Shown: piece by piece, positions 37,189-64,000 of the stretch
Position numbering within the stretch: the first letter of the stretch is position 1
Layout: each line of letters begins with the position of its first letter
Source of the DNA: Hormiphora californensis
Taxonomy: Eukaryota > Animalia > Ctenophora
Direction of reading: 5' to 3'
Length of the DNA: 64,000 nucleotides
Assembly: GCA_020137815.1 (NCBI GenBank)
Contig: CM035353.1
Location: 5,828,001-5,892,000, forward strand
Notes under the pieces: generated by a model
The model's database searches: none
What the model was told of the DNA's origin: nothing
The model's input: only the letters and a program-made list of their open reading frames with translations
Program-made: the position numbers and the translations under genes

Positions 37189-37992
37189 AACACTGAGCTG
37201 ATCATAGAGCTGACAGGACCCCAGAAGAGCTAGTTACAGTTGACCAGACCCCAAAAGTGCTTGGCTCTATGGATTTATATCCTTTACCGTGCTAACATCA
37301 TCAGTCATGAGTTAGTGGGAATATAACAGCCCTATATTAGGGTCAAAGGTCTACTTACCTGCCCATTTTTTGTACAATCCACTCTATTTTTATCTTTCTC
37401 TGATCACTATTTCAATCAATCTTTCCCTCTCCACAGTGGCAAGACAGCCGACTATAGCAACAGAAACAGGATTCCTCTGGATAAACTATGATCATGTGAC
37501 AGCACCAGCACAGGCCATCCCCTCAAGGTACGACGTACGTGGCTCTATCCAGATCTATTCACAACTGGTTTTATACACAAGTATATAAGTAATATTCTGT
37601 TCCTTTCAGAGGGATGTTATCAAGTTCGCTTCGCTCTCTCCCATTTATAGCCGGAACATTCTAGTTGCGACTGATTCGAGTGCTGATCATCAGGACTCAG
37701 GTAAGAAAATATTAGGTGATGATTTTATATCTGATAGATCTTATATTTGATTTTATATCTGATAGATACCACCACACACATCAACTAACCCTCACCCTCT
37801 CCTACAGGCAGCGAGATCCTCCAAATATGTGGTTCCTGTCCAGTGGAACATCATGCACGATATGTTCCTTGGTTCTTTTACCGAAACCGAGGAAAAGGAC
37901 GGAGAGGCAATTCCCATTGAACCTGATCGAGAAGTACCTGCCACCATGATGCTTCGATGTTCCGTGCCAGGATTGGACAAATATTTGGACAG
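37189..37992 (+). pseudogene. Spliced-looking gene fragment with in-frame stops; identity unknown
   Basis: Exon-like blocks bounded by canonical acceptors/donors (~37437-37527, 37610-37700, 37808-) but no continuous open frame. Confidence 0.35.
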
Positions 37993-40003
37993 TACAGTCT
38001 TACTCTTTCAGTGTAATAGGAAAAATTTTATTTACCTCAACTGCCGAATAATTAACTGTTTTAATGTCTAATGTACAACTGAGATGAGATATCAACACCC
38101 GGCCCAGTCTGGGCCGCCCAGATATCTCATATCAGAGTTTGGTATGGTGGAAAAACGTGAGTGTAGAACTTTTGGCGGTATAGCACGTGGGTAACAAGAG
38201 CGCGCGGACATTGTAATGATGAAAGCATGCGTTGTAAGCAGTGCGCACGCGCGCGCACTTGGCGTGGATCAGCCATGGGGTGGCTGATTCACGCCAATGT
38301 TTTTTTGTGAAACGTTGGCGGAGATCAGCCATGGCTGGTGGCTGATTCACGCCAAAAAAGTTTGTGTGTGTTTTTTTTCATTGAAATTTTTCTTCGTAAT
38401 TTTTCTTTGATATTTTTTCATCGAGAAAAAAGTTGGCGTGAATCAGCCACCGTAGTCGTTACACCCAGAGCGCCCGCGCCGCTCTGGGTGTAAAGACTGC
38501 GTCTTTCGCACTCGATTTGCAGCGTTTTCGAAAACTTTTTTCGCCGCAGCGCTCAATTTACTCAATTGTGCAGCACACAATCCAATATTTTCTTAGAAAA
38601 AGCCGCAAAACGCAGCACGCGCCGCTCTGGGTGTAATGACTGTGTAAAGACTGTGTAAACTCTGTGTAAATACTGAACTTTTTTAGGGATCCCTAGTTTT
38701 TGACAAGTTTTTTGACAAGTTTTAAAATAAATCAGTTATCAGGGATGGGTCTCCCATCCCCATGATATATATGAATAGCACTCTTTAATAAATATGATAA
38801 ACACGCTCATAAACCAAGTAACAATAGATAAATTAAGATGGTGGAGGGGAGGAGGGAACGAACAACAGTGGCGAGGTTAGGGGAGGGAGGGTAAGGAGGT
38901 AGGGTAGAGGATAATTATAAAGAATACAGGGGACGTAGAATACGATGGATAGTACTGGGAGGTAGGGAGATATGTCCGGTAGAGGGGCAGTGACTGTGAT
39001 GTGGGTGGTAGGGATGCCAGATGTGGGAACCTGAGTGTACGGGTAGTGGGGGAGGTGCTGGCCGCTGGGAGAGGAGGGAGAAGCATGGGTGTGACAAGGA
39101 CTGAAGAGACAGTGGTGGGCGGGGCTGTCTTCACGCTGAATCTGCAAGAAGGAGAGTCCGGAGAGGAGGGTGCGGCCAGAGAGAGAGGGTGTGTCCATAG
39201 AAGACCGAGGGCGGCAGAAGCGATAAAGAACTCCCATGTGCTGCCTTTGAAAAGCGCTGCCTTATCCCGCGCTTCGGGGGCCATCAGCGTTTGCCAAGAT
39301 CAGATCGCCATCGCTGATCTATCTTAGCTCGCACCAGGGGTGGCTCGCGAGTCGTCCGGGGCCAGGGACGGCAGCCTCGGTCAGGGGGTATGGGAATAAA
39401 ACCCCGGCCCCATCGCAGGGTCCAATGGCGCAGCCCTGGCGGGGGTGTAGGGGGCAAACAAAACATCTTGTTAAGACCAATCATTAGTCTCGGAAGTCGT
39501 AATTATCCTGTTTCTCCTATGATATCTTACTTAGTAGCACTGGTGCAAGTGTGAAATTCGAAAAACAAAGCTTGATCAAACACAGAAGTGTAAAAAGTGG
39601 AAAAAACAAAGATCCTTCTCATATATACTTAAAGGTTGACAAGATACCTAAAACTTTTCTTCTGTCCCATTTTTTTATACTTTAAATCATTAATACCTTT
39701 TTTCAGCTTTTTTTTTCGTCGCAACACGTTTTTCGGGCCTTCATAACAATAGGGAACCCTGTTATGAGTGAAACCCAAGACCCGTACTGTTTACAGTAGT
39801 ACGGGTCCCTGGCAGTTAGCGCCAATCACGGCATCGTCGTCGTGATTTAAACCAGTTTATTCGCCGCTGGCGGATAAACTACAGAGTACAGCTACCTTCT
39901 CCCAGCGGCGCGTTGGGAGAAAGGTATCTGAAATAACGTGACACTGGCAAGAGTTTATATACCTCATATAAACATCATTCTTATGTAGGAAGGGTGATTC
40001 CAC

Positions 40004-63175
<23,172 letters not shown>

Positions 63176-63186
63176 GTAAGTTTATA

Positions 63187-63325
63187 GACGTTCAGAGAAA
63201 TTTAGATAAGTTTCGAGACGTTCAGAGAAATTTAGATAAGTTTCGAGACGTTCAGAGGAGTTTAGATAAGTTTCGAGACGTTCAGAGGAGTTTAGATAAG
63301 TTTCGAGACGTTTAGTTCAGAGGAG
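63187..63325. repeat. 30-bp tandem repeat (gacgttcagagaaatttagataagtttcga)
   Basis: About 4 visible units. Confidence 0.9.
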
Positions 63326-63391
63326 TTAAAAGTTCTCAAATACAGTAGTTAGAGGATAAAGCAGAGCGAGAGAGAGAGAGAGAGAGAGAGA

Positions 63392-63436
<45 letters not shown>

Positions 63437-63458
63437 GAGAGAGAGAGAGAGTGTGAGG

Positions 63459-63516
<58 letters not shown>

Positions 63517-64000
63517 CAGAGAGAGAGAGAGAGAAGAGAAGAGAGCGAGAGAGGAGAGAGAGAGAGCGAGAGAGCGTACTCAAACACAATCATCAAGCAG
63601 ACATAGAGCTATCGCTCTTCGCTCCTATCTATCTCTCGCTCTCACTACAACTCTCTCTATCTTCTATCATATATCTCTCTCTCTCTCTCTATCTCTCTCT
63701 CCTCTCTCCCTCTCTCTCTTTCTTGCTGTTCTTATCGCTTGTGCATTGAAAATCGTCCGTCTCTTATATTTATAGTTGTACACGGTCACTTTTCACCGTT
63801 ATGAGTGTGAGTCCTAGAGTCTTGGTTAGTGGCAACAAGTCAAATTAGTGACTCAGAGCTGGAAAATGTACATGTAGAAACTGTGGAAATGATAGAGGAA
63901 CTATTTGCGATGGCTGGAGCACGTCCCACCACGGGCGTGTTTAGTGCAGAGTATAATGGTGCAGAGGAGAGTCTATGGGACACTTTATCTGCCCCCTCTA

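Noticed and set aside
38833-39327. GC-rich overlapping ORFs
   Set aside because: No recognisable domain; lies in an insertion specific to one duplicate copy, probably a repeat remnant

Overview
Eukaryotic (animal) genomic window, repeat-rich, with short GT-AG introns and abundant (GA)n microsatellites. A non-bilaterian invertebrate such as a ctenophore is plausible, but this is inference only. Genes: a probable UNC93/MFSD11-like exon at the left edge (-), an unknown single-exon coiled-coil ORF, PSMB4 (7 exons), FGFR1OP2/SIKE (4 exons), a LASP-like LIM-nebulin gene without an evident SH3 domain (-), CEP44 (-), and RAPGEF4/Epac2 (+, from 40004, continuing past the window end). RAPGEF4 exons 1-4 also occur as a second copy at 17130-18606, in a duplicated block ending at an N gap. 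Mobile DNA: a full-length RTE-like LINE interrupted by a palindromic Chapaev-like element, a 5'-truncated L2/CR1-group LINE, a CRE-like fragment, a fold-back piggyBac, and many MITEs/foldback elements with identifiable target-site duplications (TSDs). Most unusual: (i) two unrelated ~650-bp non-coding elements whose internal site is the reverse complement of their joined ends; (ii) a tandem array of duplicated RAPGEF4 splice acceptors, most of which lead straight into a stop codon. All calls were made by eye without database searches.
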